A stretch of DNA of 64,000 nt from Eledone cirrhosa (Eukaryota), in NCBI GenBank assembly GCA_964016885.1, contig OZ024749.1, positions 50,344,001 through 50,408,000 on the forward strand, read 5' to 3'. Positions 63,351-64,000 of the stretch are shown piece after piece. Position 1 is the stretch's first letter. Each line of letters starts with the position of its first letter. The notes below the pieces were generated by a model. The model ran no database searches and had not been told where the DNA came from. It saw only the letters and a list, made by a program, of their open reading frames with translations. Position numbers and translations under genes: made by a program.

Positions 63351-63604
63351 GACTATATATATGTGTTTGTATCTATATTATATCTCTATTTTTGACCGTT
63401 GGTCAGTCAATGGTAAACATTGAGGACCGAATAAATTAACTGATATAAAAGATACAGAAGCGAAGACCAACCAAACAGTGAGTGTGTTCTGATATTAATT
63501 CTGGCAATATTATTCCAACAATATGACCTTCCCCAAGTATAACAATATTTGTTTCGACACACGATTTCATATCAAAAACCTCGCAAGACAAATATATATA
63601 TATA

Positions 63605-63703
63605 CTTATTAAAATAACAGATTAAAGTTTAAGCAAAGAATCGCTGATGATTTCTAAAGAATGAAACAGTTCTAGTCCTGTAGAATCTCATCTATATTAA
63701 AAG

Positions 63704-63706
<3 letters not shown>
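63605..63706. mobile_element. Family B PLE-like fragment
   Basis: The end shared with 14398 and 32762 is joined at gctga to the HHR-like segment shared with 9937-9979. Confidence 0.6.
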
Positions 63707-63744
<38 letters not shown>

Positions 63745-63891
63745 ATTTATATATATGTATATATATATATTTGTATGTATATATATATATTTGTATGTAT
63801 ATATATATATTTGTATGTATATATATATATTTGTATATATATATATATTTGTATGTATATATATATATATGTATATATATTTATATATATG

Positions 63892-63942
<51 letters not shown>

Positions 63943-64000
63943 TTATATATATATGTATATATATATGTCTATATATATATATGTATATGTATATATATGT
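63707..64000. repeat. (TA)/(TATG) satellite
   Basis: Direct reading. Confidence 0.95.

Larger units (their letters stand above)
62524..63590 (+). mobile_element. 5'-truncated Penelope-like retroelement with inverted pLTR fragment
   Basis: GIY-YIG remnant, HHR in the 3' pLTR, 62524-62612 inverted relative to 63453-63541, (TA)n on both sides. Confidence 0.88.

Overview
AT-rich eukaryotic non-coding DNA, most likely from an octopod cephalopod. That assignment is inferred from recalled SINE/LINE family sequences and the very high (TA)n content, and was not verified by a search. I found no intact host gene, rRNA, tRNA gene or CRISPR array. Almost all long ORFs in the supplied track are translations of (TA)n/(CA)n microsatellites. 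The window is a retroelement graveyard. It holds one young 5'-truncated CR1-type LINE (RT domain, single nonsense codon, 55693-56997), a Penelope-like element (PLE) remnant with a GIY-YIG endonuclease, a hammerhead-ribozyme (HHR) motif and an inverted pLTR (62524-63590), three RTE/Expander-like and two CRE-like 3' fragments, about 19 Meta-domain tRNA-SINE copies, several CORE-type SINEs and very long (TA)n-derived satellites. The most interesting signal is a set of short elements beside (TA)n tracts that form inverted repeats or near-perfect palindromes, many carrying minimal hammerhead cores (CUGANGA-stem II-GAAA). They fall into several distinct families. HHR-bearing PLEs are a known class, so I cannot claim a new biological system from sequence alone. 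These particular families, the recurrent inversion at ribozyme stem II, and a composite inverted-repeat/SINE-head element deserve checking.
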